This document shows positions 1-9,692 of a stretch of DNA of 53,499 nt, one piece after another (positions within the stretch are counted from its first letter, which is position 1; each line of letters opens with the position of its first letter). The notes below the pieces were generated by a model. It was not told where the DNA came from. It ran no database searches and worked only from the letters and a program-made list of their open reading frames with translations. Source of the stretch: Oscillospiraceae bacterium. GTDB taxonomy: Bacteria > Bacillota > Clostridia > Oscillospirales > Acutalibacteraceae. Location of the stretch: contig CACYEQ010000041.1 in the NCBI GenBank assembly GCA_902773485.1, positions 1 to 53,499 on the forward strand, in the 5' to 3' direction. The position numbers and the translations under genes are program-made.

Positions 1-25
1 GCCCCCGTTTTGCGAGTGCTAGATT

Positions 26-54
26 ATAATACCACAATCCTTACCCTTTGTCAA
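26..54 (-). promoter_or_regulatory. Sigma-A-like promoter reading leftward out of the window
   Basis: Minus strand: TTGACA (49-54), 17 nt spacer, TATTAT (26-31) preceded by TGn (extended -10). The target lies outside the window. Confidence 0.4.
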
Positions 55-217
55 CCCCTTTTTTTATCTTTTTTTAAAAAAATTTTTTTATTCAATATTT
101 TGGTATATTTTTAAATTTTGCATACAATATTTAGGTGTATATACATATATATTATATAATAATTTTTAAAAAATGACACAAACTAATTTTAGATTTTTAT
201 TATAAGAGGTGAAAATA

Positions 218-400
218 ATGACAAAACCAATTGGCAGTTTTTTTAAAGGTCTCGGAACAGGCGTCGCAGTCGGCGCTGTTGCAGGAATGATTGCTTGCAG
301 TATGAGCGGCAGCAATCAAAAAAGCACAAAGAAAAAATTAAGACACGCCGTTAAAGGCGTATCGGATTTTATGGAAAATCTTTCATATATGATAAAATAA
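218..400 (+). CDS. Small hypothetical membrane protein (60 aa; Gly/Ala-rich hydrophobic segment)
   Basis: ATG at 218 sits 8 nt after AGAGG (205-209); the track ORF starts at an upstream GTG (209). One predicted TM (GLGTGVAVGAVAGMIAC), followed by a terminator. Confidence 0.55.
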   Translation: MTKPIGSFFKGLGTGVAVGAVAGMIACSMSGSNQKSTKKKLRHAVKGVSDFMENLSYMIK

Positions 401-408
401 CAAAAATT

Positions 409-436
409 GCCTCAGGTTTTAAGCCTGAGGTTTTTC
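409..436. terminator. Bidirectional intrinsic terminator (GCCTCAGG..CCTGAGG hairpin)
   Basis: Stem cctcagg(410-416)/cctgagg(424-430), T5 on the plus strand and a T-run on the minus strand. Lies between convergent genes. Confidence 0.7.
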
Positions 437-450
437 TTATATTTTATACA

Positions 451-1125
451 TTATACAGATACATCAACTCTGCCGTTTTTTACGATAATTTTTCGGTCGG
501 TTTGCTCTGCTATTTCACGGTCGTGGGTGATGATAATTACTGTTTTTCCTTTTTTGTTGAGGTCTTTTAAAATTTTCATTATTTGTTTTGTACTGTCGCT
601 GTCAAGGTTGCCGGTAGGCTCATCTGCCAAAATTATTTCAGGATTACCCACAATCGCCCTGGCAATTGCCACACGCTGTTGCTGACCGCCTGAAAGTTCA
701 TAAGGTTTATGGTTGATTCTGTTTTCAAGCCCGACTGTTTCAAGCGCTGTTTTTGCTTTTTGCCTGCGCTTTTTCTTTGGCATTTTTGCATAAAGCAGAG
801 GAAGTTCCACATTTTCAAGTGCATTCAGCGTTTGAATAAGGTTGAATTTTTGAAAAACAAACCCGATATTATCTCGTCGCAAAGCGGTAAGTTCACCTTC
901 TTTAAAATTTGCAATATTTCGGTTTTCAAAAAAATATTTTCCGCCACTCGGCTTATCAAGACAGCCTAAAATATTCATTAAAGTTGATTTTCCCGACCCC
1001 GACGAGCCGATAATGCCGACAAATTCACCCGCCCTTATATCAATACTAACTTCTCTTACGGCAACTATTCTTTCCGCTTTGGTTTTGTAAATTTTATTTA
1101 TTCTTTCTGTTTTAATTACGCTCAT
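451..1125 (-). CDS. ABC transporter ATP-binding protein, MacB/LolD-type, with no adjacent permease
   Basis: Walker A GSSGSGKST, signature LSGGQQQR, Walker B ILADEPT. ATG at 1125 lies 5 nt after AGGTGA; the track start GTG 1134 falls inside the SD. Confidence 0.9.
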   Translation of the reverse strand: MSVIKTERINKIYKTKAERIVAVREVSIDIRAGEFVGIIGSSGSGKSTLMNILGCLDKPSGGKYFFENRNIANFKEGELTALRRDNIGFVFQKFNLIQTLNALENVELPLLYAKMPKKKRRQKAKTALETVGLENRINHKPYELSGGQQQRVAIARAIVGNPEIILADEPTGNLDSDSTKQIMKILKDLNKKGKTVIIITHDREIAEQTDRKIIVKNGRVDVSV

Positions 1126-1227
1126 TTTTATCACCTAAAATATTTTTGCCGAATAAAAAACAAAAATTCTTAAATATTCAGCCAATTATTTGTAAAACTA
1201 TATTTAAAAGAAAAAGGAGAGATTTTA

Positions 1228-1665
1228 ATGACCAACAAAGAATATTCAAAAATGGTAGATAACGCAAACGAAAAATCAAATGTTTTAAAAGACTGCTTTT
1301 TTGCGTTTTTAGTGGGCGGTCTTATTTGCGTTTTGGGACAAGCACTTTGCGATTTATACAGAATGTGCGATGACAACATACTTAACGCAAGAGCACTTTC
1401 GAGCATTACGCTGGTTGCGATTTCAATTATTTTAACAGGACTTAATATTTATCCGAAAATTGCAAAGTTTGCAGGTGCAGGAACGCTCGTTCCGATAACA
1501 GGATTTGCAAACGCCTGCGCCTCGCCGGCGATTGAATTTAAACCCGAAGGGCATGTTTTAGGTATAGGTGCAAATATTTTTAAAATTTCAGGACCGGTTA
1601 TAGTTTACGGTTTGTTTGCAGGCTGGATTTACGGAATTTTTGTTTACATTATGAATTTATTTTAA
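1228..1665 (+). CDS. spoVAC: Stage V sporulation protein AC
   Basis: Family-typical motifs FLVGGLICVLGQ and AGAGTLVPITGFAN. SD AAAGGAGAG upstream. Confidence 0.9.
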   Translation: MTNKEYSKMVDNANEKSNVLKDCFFAFLVGGLICVLGQALCDLYRMCDDNILNARALSSITLVAISIILTGLNIYPKIAKFAGAGTLVPITGFANACASPAIEFKPEGHVLGIGANIFKISGPVIVYGLFAGWIYGIFVYIMNLF

Positions 1666-1679
1666 GAAAGGGTGTTTTT

Positions 1680-2693
1680 ATGGCAAGAAGAGTCGGAAAG
1701 CAAACTATTGTTTTTGATAAGGATATAGCAATTTTAAACAGCGCTTGCTGTGTAGGAAAAACAGAGGGCGAGGGACCGATAGCGGCAACTTTTGATAAAA
1801 TTTTTGATGATGATTATTTGGGACAGGAAACATACGAGGCAGCAGAGAGTATGTTATTAAAGGAGGCTATTAGTGCAGTTTTGAAAAAATCGGGAAAATC
1901 GAGAAGCGATGTAAACATTGCCATACTCGGTGACCTGTTAGACCAGAGCATGGCATCTTCTTTTGCAATTAAAGATTTTTCTATTCCTCATTTCAGTGTT
2001 TTTTCTGCCTGCTCGGCATCTGCGTTGACCCTCGGACTCGGCTCAAATCTTGTTGATTCGGGTGCCTCGTCGCTTACGCTTTGCGCCGTTTCTTCACACT
2101 TTTGCACCGCCGAAAGACAGTTTCGGTTTCCGCTCAATTACGGTTCAAAAAGAACGCCTAATTCACAAAGAACAGTTACGGGAGCAGGCGCATTTTTGCT
2201 TTGCGAAAATGAAAATTCGCCTAAAATCAAGGCGGTAACTTTTGGTAAAATTAAAGATTACGATATAACCGATGCTAACAATATGGGTGCGGCTATGGCG
2301 CCTGCGGCGGCAGACACCATAAAAGCTTACCTCACCGACACGGGCAAAAAACCTGATGACTTTGACCTTATTTTAACGGGAGATTTAGGGCTTGTCGGTT
2401 CAAGGCTGGTTGTTGAAATTCTGAGAGAGGACGGTATTAATATTGCTTCGCAACACGATGACGGCGGTCTTATAATTTTTGATATAAACGATGAAAAATG
2501 TGCTGCCGGCGGTTCGGGTTGCGGTTGTTCGGCAAGTGTTTTTGCAGGTCATATTATGAACAAACTGAAAAACGGAGAAATTAAGCGAATGCTTTTATGT
2601 GCTACGGGTGCGCTTATGTCTCCGACTTCTGCAAATCAGGGGCTTTCTATTCCGTCAATTGCACATTTAATTGAGATTGAGGGGTGCAAATAA
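1680..2693 (+). CDS. spoVAD: Stage V sporulation protein AD (thiolase-like fold)
   Basis: 337 aa directly downstream of spoVAC, with SpoVAD-like sequence throughout. Confidence 0.9.
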   Translation: MARRVGKQTIVFDKDIAILNSACCVGKTEGEGPIAATFDKIFDDDYLGQETYEAAESMLLKEAISAVLKKSGKSRSDVNIAILGDLLDQSMASSFAIKDFSIPHFSVFSACSASALTLGLGSNLVDSGASSLTLCAVSSHFCTAERQFRFPLNYGSKRTPNSQRTVTGAGAFLLCENENSPKIKAVTFGKIKDYDITDANNMGAAMAPAAADTIKAYLTDTGKKPDDFDLILTGDLGLVGSRLVVEILREDGINIASQHDDGGLIIFDINDEKCAAGGSGCGCSASVFAGHIMNKLKNGEIKRMLLCATGALMSPTSANQGLSIPSIAHLIEIEGCK

Positions 2694-2968
2694 TGATTAA
2701 AGGTGTAAACAAGGTGATAATCGAAGTCAACGATACCGAAAATGAGGTTTTTGAAAAAGCGATTTTGTATGTTCGCCCTGAATTTTCGGGTAAAAAGCAA
2801 TCTAAACTTCAAAATCACGCAAAAGCGTACATTAACACGGCTACTTTGAACAACGACCGTTTTCAATTTGATTTTGAAGAATCCGGAAAACGCCATCGCC
2901 GTCTTTTCTTAATTCTGGCAGGGTATCTTTTGTTGCTCGGCACGGTGATTTATTTTATTTTCAGTTAA
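2693..2968 (+). CDS. Hypothetical 91-aa protein with a single C-terminal TM, translationally coupled to spoVAD
   Basis: TAATG stop/start overlap with spoVAD and GAGGGG SD. C-terminal hydrophobic helix LFLILAGYLLLLGTVIYFIF. Not SpoVAE-like. Confidence 0.6.
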   Translation: MIKGVNKVIIEVNDTENEVFEKAILYVRPEFSGKKQSKLQNHAKAYINTATLNNDRFQFDFEESGKRHRRLFLILAGYLLLLGTVIYFIFS

Positions 2969-3113
2969 TTTTTCCTCTAAAACGCTTGCGGTTTTACGCC
3001 AAAAGCGTTTTTTATTTTAAATAATTTTGAAAAAATTGCAAAAAACTATTGTTTTTTGGATAAAAATTTGTAATAATATATTAGATATAGTATTTTTTGA
3101 GAGGAAGTATAAT

Positions 3114-4754
3114 TTGGATTATAAAAAATTAGCGAACCTTTTATTCCCGAATGTGAAATACACAAGAGATTATTGGGAAGAAAAATATCCTACAAGAGAT
3201 TTGCCCGAAGGTGCGGCAGTCTCCCGAATGGCACCGAGCCCCACAGGCTTTGTTCACTTAGGCAACTTTGTTCAGGTGCTTACAAGCGAGCGAATTGCAC
3301 ACCAATCAGGCGGTGTTTTGTATCTTAGAATCGAAGATACCGACGCAAAGCGTGAAGTTAAGGGTGCAGTCCAAACGGTTATTAATTCGCTTAAACATTA
3401 TTCGATTAATTTTGACGAGGGTGCGACCATTGACGGTGATAACGGCGAATACGGACCTTACCGCCAGCGTCAGCGTGTTGATATTTATCATACTTTTGCA
3501 AAAGAACTCGTAGAAAAAGGGCTTGCTTACCCCTGCTTTTGCACAGAGGAAGAGTTAGCCGAAATTCATAATATGCAGGAAAAAGAAAAAGCAAATTTCG
3601 GATATTTCGGTAAATGGGCTGTTTGGCGTGACCGCTCAATGCAAGAGATTGAAGAGCAAATCAACAATGGCAAACCTTGGGTTTTGCGTTTTCGCTCAAC
3701 AGGTTCGATTGAAAACAAAATCAAATTTACCGATTTGATTAAAGGAAATCTTGAACTTACGGAAAACGATATTGACCACGTTTTGTTAAAGTCAGACGGC
3801 GTTCCGACTTATCATTTCGCTCACGCAGTTGACGACCATTTTATGCGCACTACTCATATTGTAAGGGGCGATGAATGGCTTTCAACTCTGCCGTTTCATA
3901 TTCAACTTTTTAAATCGCTTGATTTTAAAATTCCGAAATATCTGCATATTGGTCCGCTTATGGTTATGGACGGCGATTCTAAACGAAAACTCTCAAAGAG
4001 AAAAGACCCGCAGGCGGCACTCACTTTCTATGAAGAAGCAGGTTACCCGAAAGAGTCGATTTATGATTATTTGATGACGATTTTAAACTCGAATTTTGAA
4101 GATTGGCGAAGAGCGAATAAAACGGCAGACGCGCACGAATTCAAATTCACATACAAAAAAATGAACCCCGCAGGCTCGCTTTTTGACGAGGCGAAGTTAA
4201 ACGATGTTTCAAAAAATGTTATTTCTTTGTTTTCTGCCGAAAAGGTTGTTGAAGATTTGCTTGAATGGGCAGAAAAATTTGATAAAGAGTTTTTTGAATT
4301 ATTAAATAAAGATAAGGAATATGCCGTTAAAATTTTCGCTATCGGCAGGGGCGGTAAAAAGCCGAGAAAAGATTTCGCCGTTTGGAGTGAAACTAAGGAT
4401 TATTGCTCATATTTTTATGACGAATTGTTCAAAATAACCGATAATTACCCTGAAAAAATTTCATCACAAGACATTAAAAACATTTTGAGCGAATATTTAG
4501 AAGTTTACGATGAAAACGATGACAATTCCGAGTGGTTTAACAAGGTTAAGAGTTTAAGCGAAAAGTTGGGATATACCACCGACATGAAAGCATACAAGCA
4601 AAATCCCGATGAGTTTAAGGGAAGTGTTGCCGAAGTTTCAACGGTTATAAGAGTAGCGGTAACAGGCAGACAAAATACGCCCGACCTTTGCACTATTATG
4701 CAACTTCTGGGTAAAGAGCGTGTTGTAAACAGAATTAAACAGGCAATAAAATAA
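3114..4754 (+). CDS. gltX: Glutamate--tRNA ligase
   Basis: Class I motifs PSPTGFVHLGN (HIGH-like) and KLSKRK (KMSKS). TTG at 3114 lies 6 nt after GAGAGGAAG; the track start at 3027 adds a non-homologous N-extension. Confidence 0.9.
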   Translation: MDYKKLANLLFPNVKYTRDYWEEKYPTRDLPEGAAVSRMAPSPTGFVHLGNFVQVLTSERIAHQSGGVLYLRIEDTDAKREVKGAVQTVINSLKHYSINFDEGATIDGDNGEYGPYRQRQRVDIYHTFAKELVEKGLAYPCFCTEEELAEIHNMQEKEKANFGYFGKWAVWRDRSMQEIEEQINNGKPWVLRFRSTGSIENKIKFTDLIKGNLELTENDIDHVLLKSDGVPTYHFAHAVDDHFMRTTHIVRGDEWLSTLPFHIQLFKSLDFKIPKYLHIGPLMVMDGDSKRKLSKRKDPQAALTFYEEAGYPKESIYDYLMTILNSNFEDWRRANKTADAHEFKFTYKKMNPAGSLFDEAKLNDVSKNVISLFSAEKVVEDLLEWAEKFDKEFFELLNKDKEYAVKIFAIGRGGKKPRKDFAVWSETKDYCSYFYDELFKITDNYPEKISSQDIKNILSEYLEVYDENDDNSEWFNKVKSLSEKLGYTTDMKAYKQNPDEFKGSVAEVSTVIRVAVTGRQNTPDLCTIMQLLGKERVVNRIKQAIK

Positions 4755-4766
4755 AGGGGAAAAATA

Positions 4767-6440
4767 ATGGATATTTCAAACATTACACCTACCAATTTCA
4801 TTGAAGAATTTATTAATAAAGATTTGGAAGAGGGCGTTTATTCAAGGGTGCAAACCCGTTTTCCGCCCGAGCCGAACGGCTATTTGCACATTGGCCACGC
4901 AAAGGCTATTTGCATTGATTTCGGCACAGCCGAAAAATACGGCGGTATTTGCAATTTGCGTCTTGATGACACCAACCCTACCAAAGAAGATACAGAATAT
5001 GTTGACGCAATAATCGAAGATATTAAGTGGCTGGGGTTTCATATAGACAATGTCTATTATGCTTCGGATTATTTTGATAATATTCACAAATATGCAATAG
5101 AACTTATAAAACAAGGCAAAGCATATGTTTGCGATTTGACACCTGAGCAGATAAGGGAATACAGAGGTACTTACGAAAAACCGGGCAAAGAAAGTCCTTA
5201 CAGAAACCGCTCGATTGAGGAGAATCTTGATTTATTTGAGCGAATGACTAACGGCGAATTTGCCGACGGCGAAAAGGTGCTTCGTGCTAAAATTGATATG
5301 GCTTCACCAAATCTTAATATGCGTGACCCGATTATTTACCGTGTTTTACACGCACACCACCACAGAACGGGTGACAAATGGTGCGTTTATCCTATGTATG
5401 ATTTCGCTCACCCTTTGTCTGATGCTGACGAAAATGTAACATTTTCGCTTTGTACTTTGGAATTTGAGGACCATAGACCGCTTTACGATTGGCCTTTAAA
5501 AGAACTTAAAAAGTGGAAAGAACCGCCTCGCCAGATTGAGTTTGCAAGAATGAATTTAAACTACACTATTACCTCAAAACGCCGTTGCTTAAAACTTGTA
5601 AACGAAGGGTTAGTCAGCGGTTGGGACGACCCAAGAATGGCAACACTTTCGGGTATGCGTCGCAGAGGTTACCCTGCCGAAGCAATTCGTGATTTTGTAA
5701 GCAAAATCGGCGTTTCAAAAGCAAATTCGGTTATTGATTATTCTTTGCTTGAATCTTGCGTTCGTGATAATTTGAATAAAAATGCCGAACGTGCAATGGT
5801 TGTTTTAAATCCGCTTAAAGTTATTGTTGATAATTACGAAGACGGCAAAACAGAGCAAATTGAAGTGCCGATAAATCCCGAACAACCCGAACTCGGCACT
5901 AAAAAAGTACCTTTTTCAAAAGAGATTTACATTGAAAAAGAGGACTTTATGGAATGTCCTCCGAACAGAAAATATTTCCGCCTTTGCCCCGAAAAAGAGG
6001 TGCGCTTGAAAGGTGCGTATTTTATTAAATATGTTTCTTGCGAAAAGGACGAAAACGGCGAAGTTACCGCTGTTCATGTAACCTATGACCCTGCTTCTTA
6101 CGGCGGTGAATCACCCGACGGCAGAAAGGTAAAAGGCACAATACATTGGGTATCTACCGAGCATTGCAGTTGTGCTACTGTTCGACTTTATGATAGACTT
6201 TTCACAGTCGAAAACCCTGTCGGCAATCCTGATATTGACTTTACCGAGTATTTAAACCCGAACTCCTGCGTAACCCTTGAAAACTGCAAAATTTCTGATG
6301 ATGTAGCGAAAGCCGAAGTCGGCGCAACATTCCAATTTATGCGTCAAGGGTATTTTTGCATTGATAAGGATTCAACCGCTGACAAAAAGGTTATTAACCG
6401 AGTTGTCGCATTAAAAGATTCCTTTGCAAAAAAGAACTAA
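4767..6440 (+). CDS. glnS: Glutamine--tRNA ligase
   Basis: FPPEPNGYLHIGHAKA (HIGH), an ITSKR KMSKS-like motif, and GlnRS-type C-terminal anticodon-binding domains. Confidence 0.92.
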   Translation: MDISNITPTNFIEEFINKDLEEGVYSRVQTRFPPEPNGYLHIGHAKAICIDFGTAEKYGGICNLRLDDTNPTKEDTEYVDAIIEDIKWLGFHIDNVYYASDYFDNIHKYAIELIKQGKAYVCDLTPEQIREYRGTYEKPGKESPYRNRSIEENLDLFERMTNGEFADGEKVLRAKIDMASPNLNMRDPIIYRVLHAHHHRTGDKWCVYPMYDFAHPLSDADENVTFSLCTLEFEDHRPLYDWPLKELKKWKEPPRQIEFARMNLNYTITSKRRCLKLVNEGLVSGWDDPRMATLSGMRRRGYPAEAIRDFVSKIGVSKANSVIDYSLLESCVRDNLNKNAERAMVVLNPLKVIVDNYEDGKTEQIEVPINPEQPELGTKKVPFSKEIYIEKEDFMECPPNRKYFRLCPEKEVRLKGAYFIKYVSCEKDENGEVTAVHVTYDPASYGGESPDGRKVKGTIHWVSTEHCSCATVRLYDRLFTVENPVGNPDIDFTEYLNPNSCVTLENCKISDDVAKAEVGATFQFMRQGYFCIDKDSTADKKVINRVVALKDSFAKKN

Positions 6441-6453
6441 AATAAAACTTAAA

Positions 6454-6483
6454 AACGCCTCGAAAATTCGAGGCGTTATTTTT
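6454..6483. terminator. Bidirectional intrinsic terminator
   Basis: aacgcctcg/cgaggcgtt hairpin (6454-6477) followed by a T-run. Lies between convergent glnS and acpS. Confidence 0.75.
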
Positions 6484-6841
6484 ATTTATTCTGAGCAACT
6501 ACTATTGCCTGAGCGAGAGTAGATGTATGGGTAATACTAAGCGAAAATACTTTATTTTCGTTTTCTTCTTTCGCTTTGCCTGAAAGAAAAATGTAAGGTG
6601 CACCGCTTTGTTTATGCAAAACCTCTATTTCATTTAATGGGTATGCACCAAGCCCCACTCCGAGCGACTTTAAAAAAGCCTCTTTTACGGCGAACGCGCC
6701 TGCTATTGTTTCAGCTTTAAAATTTCTTGATTTAAACTCTGTAATTTCTTTTTTTCCAAAATATTTTTGCAAAAAAGCCTCGTTTTTGAGCGATTTTTCA
6801 ATTCGCTCAATTTCAACTAAATCAATTCCAACCGAAAACAT
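6482..6841 (-). CDS. acpS: Holo-[acyl-carrier-protein] synthase
   Basis: N-terminus MFSVGIDLVEIERI is typical of AcpS. The internal ATG at 6841 was chosen and overlaps the upstream gene by 20 nt. Confidence 0.85.
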   Translation of the reverse strand: MFSVGIDLVEIERIEKSLKNEAFLQKYFGKKEITEFKSRNFKAETIAGAFAVKEAFLKSLGVGLGAYPLNEIEVLHKQSGAPYIFLSGKAKEENENKVFSLSITHTSTLAQAIVVAQNK

Positions 6842-7382
6842 CTTTTGACACCGTTTTAGGAACGAATTTTTTAAGTGCACCCAAAATTCTCTCGTTCGGC
6901 TGAATTACAATTAAAACCGAGCCTGCGGTTTTATGATTCACAACAATATAATAAAGCGGTTGTTCATCAAGATTTGCGGCGATTACCTTTGAATCAACCT
7001 CTCTTTGATCGAATCTTTGCCTTGCTTTTTCATCATAAACGCCGAATTCCTCAAAATCTTTACAGTTGGTTGAAATAATACGGTCACGCTTTGATTTACC
7101 GATAATTCTGTCAATATCAAAATCGCCGTTTGTTATCGAATATTCATATTCAAGATAAAGGCGCTTTACATACCACCTTGTAAGATAGCCTATTCCGAAA
7201 GAGGCAAGCAGTAAAAGTGACGACAATATTGAATAGGTCGGGCTGGCCATGCCCATAAGCAAAAACGCATACATCAAAACTAAACAAATTAAAATTATTG
7301 CCGTAACAACAAATCCTATTTTTAAAACCTTTTGCAAAGTGTTTGGTTTTTTCTTCACAATCTGCTCAAAAAATACATCCAT
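6822..7382 (-). CDS. Hypothetical membrane protein (two N-terminal TMs plus a soluble C-terminal domain)
   Basis: 186-aa ORF in an operon with acpS. No catalytic motif recognised. Confidence 0.7.
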   Translation of the reverse strand: MDVFFEQIVKKKPNTLQKVLKIGFVVTAIILICLVLMYAFLLMGMASPTYSILSSLLLLASFGIGYLTRWYVKRLYLEYEYSITNGDFDIDRIIGKSKRDRIISTNCKDFEEFGVYDEKARQRFDQREVDSKVIAANLDEQPLYYIVVNHKTAGSVLIVIQPNERILGALKKFVPKTVSKDVFGWN

Positions 7383-7392
7383 AAAAAACTCC

Positions 7393-8229
7393 TTATTTTA
7401 TCTTCATTGAAATATCAAACGCTTTTACCGAGTGAGTTAAAGCACCGATTGAAATAATATCAACACCTGTTTTTGCAACTGCCGAAATAGTTTCATCGGT
7501 AATATTTCCGCTTGCCTCTAAGAGTGCTTTGCCGTCAGTAATTTCAACCGCTTTTTTCATAGTTTCTATATCCATATTGTCAAGCATAATAACCTCGACT
7601 CCGGTGCTAAGTGCCTCTTTAACCTCTTGAAGATTTCTCGTTTCAACCTCGATTTTAACCATATGCCCGAGATTTTCACGGCATTTTTCCACCGCTTTTG
7701 TAATCCCGCCGCAAGCGTCTATATGATTATCTTTTAACATAACCGCATCTGAAAGGTTGTAGCGGTGATTTTTGCCGCCGCCTACGGTTACGGCATATTT
7801 TTGAATAGGACGAAGTCCCGGCAATGTTTTTCTGGTATCTGCAACGGAAGCGTTAGTACCCTTACAAAGTGTTACCGCTTTGTTAGTCATAGTGGCAATG
7901 CCGGACATGTGTTGTAAAATGTTAAGAGCGGTGCGTTCGCCCTTTAAAAGTTTTAAGGTATGACCCGAAAGATCGGCAATAATATCGCCTTTTTTCACCT
8001 TTTCGCCGTCTTTTTTATAAACCTTTGCCTTAAATTCCTTATCTAAAAGTTCAAAAACGCGAATAGCAATGTCAAGTCCGCATAGAACACCTTCTGCCTT
8101 TGCCTCAAAATAAGCAGTTGTAATATCGTTTTCATCAATAACCAAGTCAGCGGAAGTATCAATATAGTTAATATCCTCCTGCAAAGCGTTTTTTATTAAA
8201 TCATCAACATAAAAATCAAGTAATTTCAT
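7393..8229 (-). CDS. nadC: Nicotinate-nucleotide pyrophosphorylase (carboxylating)
   Basis: QPRTase-like sequence (RKTLPGLR, GGGKNHR). ATGA overlap with nadB. Confidence 0.9.
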   Translation of the reverse strand: MKLLDFYVDDLIKNALQEDINYIDTSADLVIDENDITTAYFEAKAEGVLCGLDIAIRVFELLDKEFKAKVYKKDGEKVKKGDIIADLSGHTLKLLKGERTALNILQHMSGIATMTNKAVTLCKGTNASVADTRKTLPGLRPIQKYAVTVGGGKNHRYNLSDAVMLKDNHIDACGGITKAVEKCRENLGHMVKIEVETRNLQEVKEALSTGVEVIMLDNMDIETMKKAVEITDGKALLEASGNITDETISAVAKTGVDIISIGALTHSVKAFDISMKIK

Positions 8230-9692
8230 CGGTTAATTGCTCCTCTCAAAACTATTGCGGCAACGGTTGCAAGCGACTTTGCCTCCTCATAATCCGCATT
8301 TTTCAAAAATATATCGTTATCAAGTCTGCGCCGTATTTGCTCGATTATTTTTAAGCCTTTTTCGGCTGCATTTTGGTCGGGTATTACAAAATGAGATTTT
8401 TGCATAATATCTCTTATTTGCGTTCTGATCCCGCTCGGCAGCGGAGCAACGCCGTTTTTAAATTCGGGTGCTGCACCGTGAACAGATACAAATGTAGGCT
8501 CGTGAGCCTGTCGGTTAATCTCTTTTGCGGCTCGTTTTGAAAAAACGAGTGCTTCTAAAAGTGAATTTGAAGCAAGTCGGTTTTTACCGTGAACGCCTGT
8601 ATTTGAACATTCGCCCACCGCATAAAGCCGAGAAATTCCTGTATAAGAATTATCATCAACTCTAATTCCGCCCATTAAATAGTGATGGCAAGGGAAAACA
8701 GGTATTGGCTCTTTGGTTAAATCAATACCTTCTTCCAAGCATCTACCGTAAATCAGCGGAAAACGATTCTTCAAATAATCGCTGTCAAGTCGGGAAATAT
8801 CGAGATAAAACTTGTCCGAACCCGTTCTGCGATATTCCATCATAATCGAATGCGAAACTTTATCTCTCGGAGCGAGTTCCAACCTCTCATCATAACGGTG
8901 CATAAAGCGTTCTTTGTTGCAGTTTAAAAGATATGCACCCTCGCCTCTGACCGCCTCGCTGATTAAAAAGCGTTCTCTGCCCGAATCGGCGGCAAAAGCG
9001 GTTGGGTGAAACTGAATATAATCAAGGTCTTTAATTTTTGCACCGAGTTCATAAGCAAACCTAATTCCGTCGCCCGTTGCAATTTTGGAATTGGTGGTAT
9101 ACTTATAAACCCTGCCTATTCCGCCTGTTGCTAAAATCAAAAAAGATGCCGAAACTGTTACATATTCACCGTTTTTAAGCAAAGTAGCAAAATAGCCGTC
9201 GTTTGCGTGAGCCACATCAACGCAAAGCGTATTTTCGCAAACCTCAACATTCGGTAAATTTTTAACTTTATCAATCAAAACGGTAGTCATTTCATCACCT
9301 GTTGAATCTTTATGATGCACTATTCTATGGCGGGAATGACCGCCTTCAAGCGTCATATTAAGCGAGCCGTCGGCATTTCTATCAAAATCAACACCCATAT
9401 TAACAATATTCATAACATCGGCCGGGCCGTTTTCTACCAGCACCCTTACAGCGTGTTTGTCATTAGCCTGTCGGCCTGCTATCATTGTGTCCTCAAAATG
9501 CAGGTCGAAACTGTCGTTTTCTTTATCCAAAACAGCGGCTACACCGCCCTGTGCGAGCGATGAATTTGAAAGTTTAAGTTCCGCTTTTGAAATCAGCAAA
9601 ACATCTAAATTGGAATCAAGATTTAATGCAGAATAAAGCCCGGAAACACCCGAACCTAATATAAGCACATCGTACTTTCTGCTGTTTAACAT
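8226..9692 (-). CDS. nadB: L-aspartate oxidase
   Basis: N-terminal FAD fold DVLILGSGVSGL and a succinate-dehydrogenase/fumarate-reductase flavoprotein-like core. SD AAGGTGA. Confidence 0.9.
   Translation of the reverse strand: MLNSRKYDVLILGSGVSGLYSALNLDSNLDVLLISKAELKLSNSSLAQGGVAAVLDKENDSFDLHFEDTMIAGRQANDKHAVRVLVENGPADVMNIVNMGVDFDRNADGSLNMTLEGGHSRHRIVHHKDSTGDEMTTVLIDKVKNLPNVEVCENTLCVDVAHANDGYFATLLKNGEYVTVSASFLILATGGIGRVYKYTTNSKIATGDGIRFAYELGAKIKDLDYIQFHPTAFAADSGRERFLISEAVRGEGAYLLNCNKERFMHRYDERLELAPRDKVSHSIMMEYRRTGSDKFYLDISRLDSDYLKNRFPLIYGRCLEEGIDLTKEPIPVFPCHHYLMGGIRVDDNSYTGISRLYAVGECSNTGVHGKNRLASNSLLEALVFSKRAAKEINRQAHEPTFVSVHGAAPEFKNGVAPLPSGIRTQIRDIMQKSHFVIPDQNAAEKGLKIIEQIRRRLDNDIFLKNADYEEAKSLATVAAIVLRGAINR

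Noticed and set aside
1135-1227. Forespore sigma-G/F promoter for spoVAC (GAATA..N18..ATATTCA).
   Set aside because: The -10 match is poor and the region is very AT-rich. It cannot be supported without a matrix scan or transcript data.
3027-3113. Upstream start for gltX given in the ORF track (575 aa). The track gives similar N-terminal extensions for acpS (6880), GNAT (11532), the ACT protein (16662), gyrB (44907), nudF (53403) and the ATPase at 24813.
   Set aside because: The extensions are non-homologous, lack an SD, or overlap the neighbouring gene or SD. Internal starts with good SD spacing restore family-typical N-termini.
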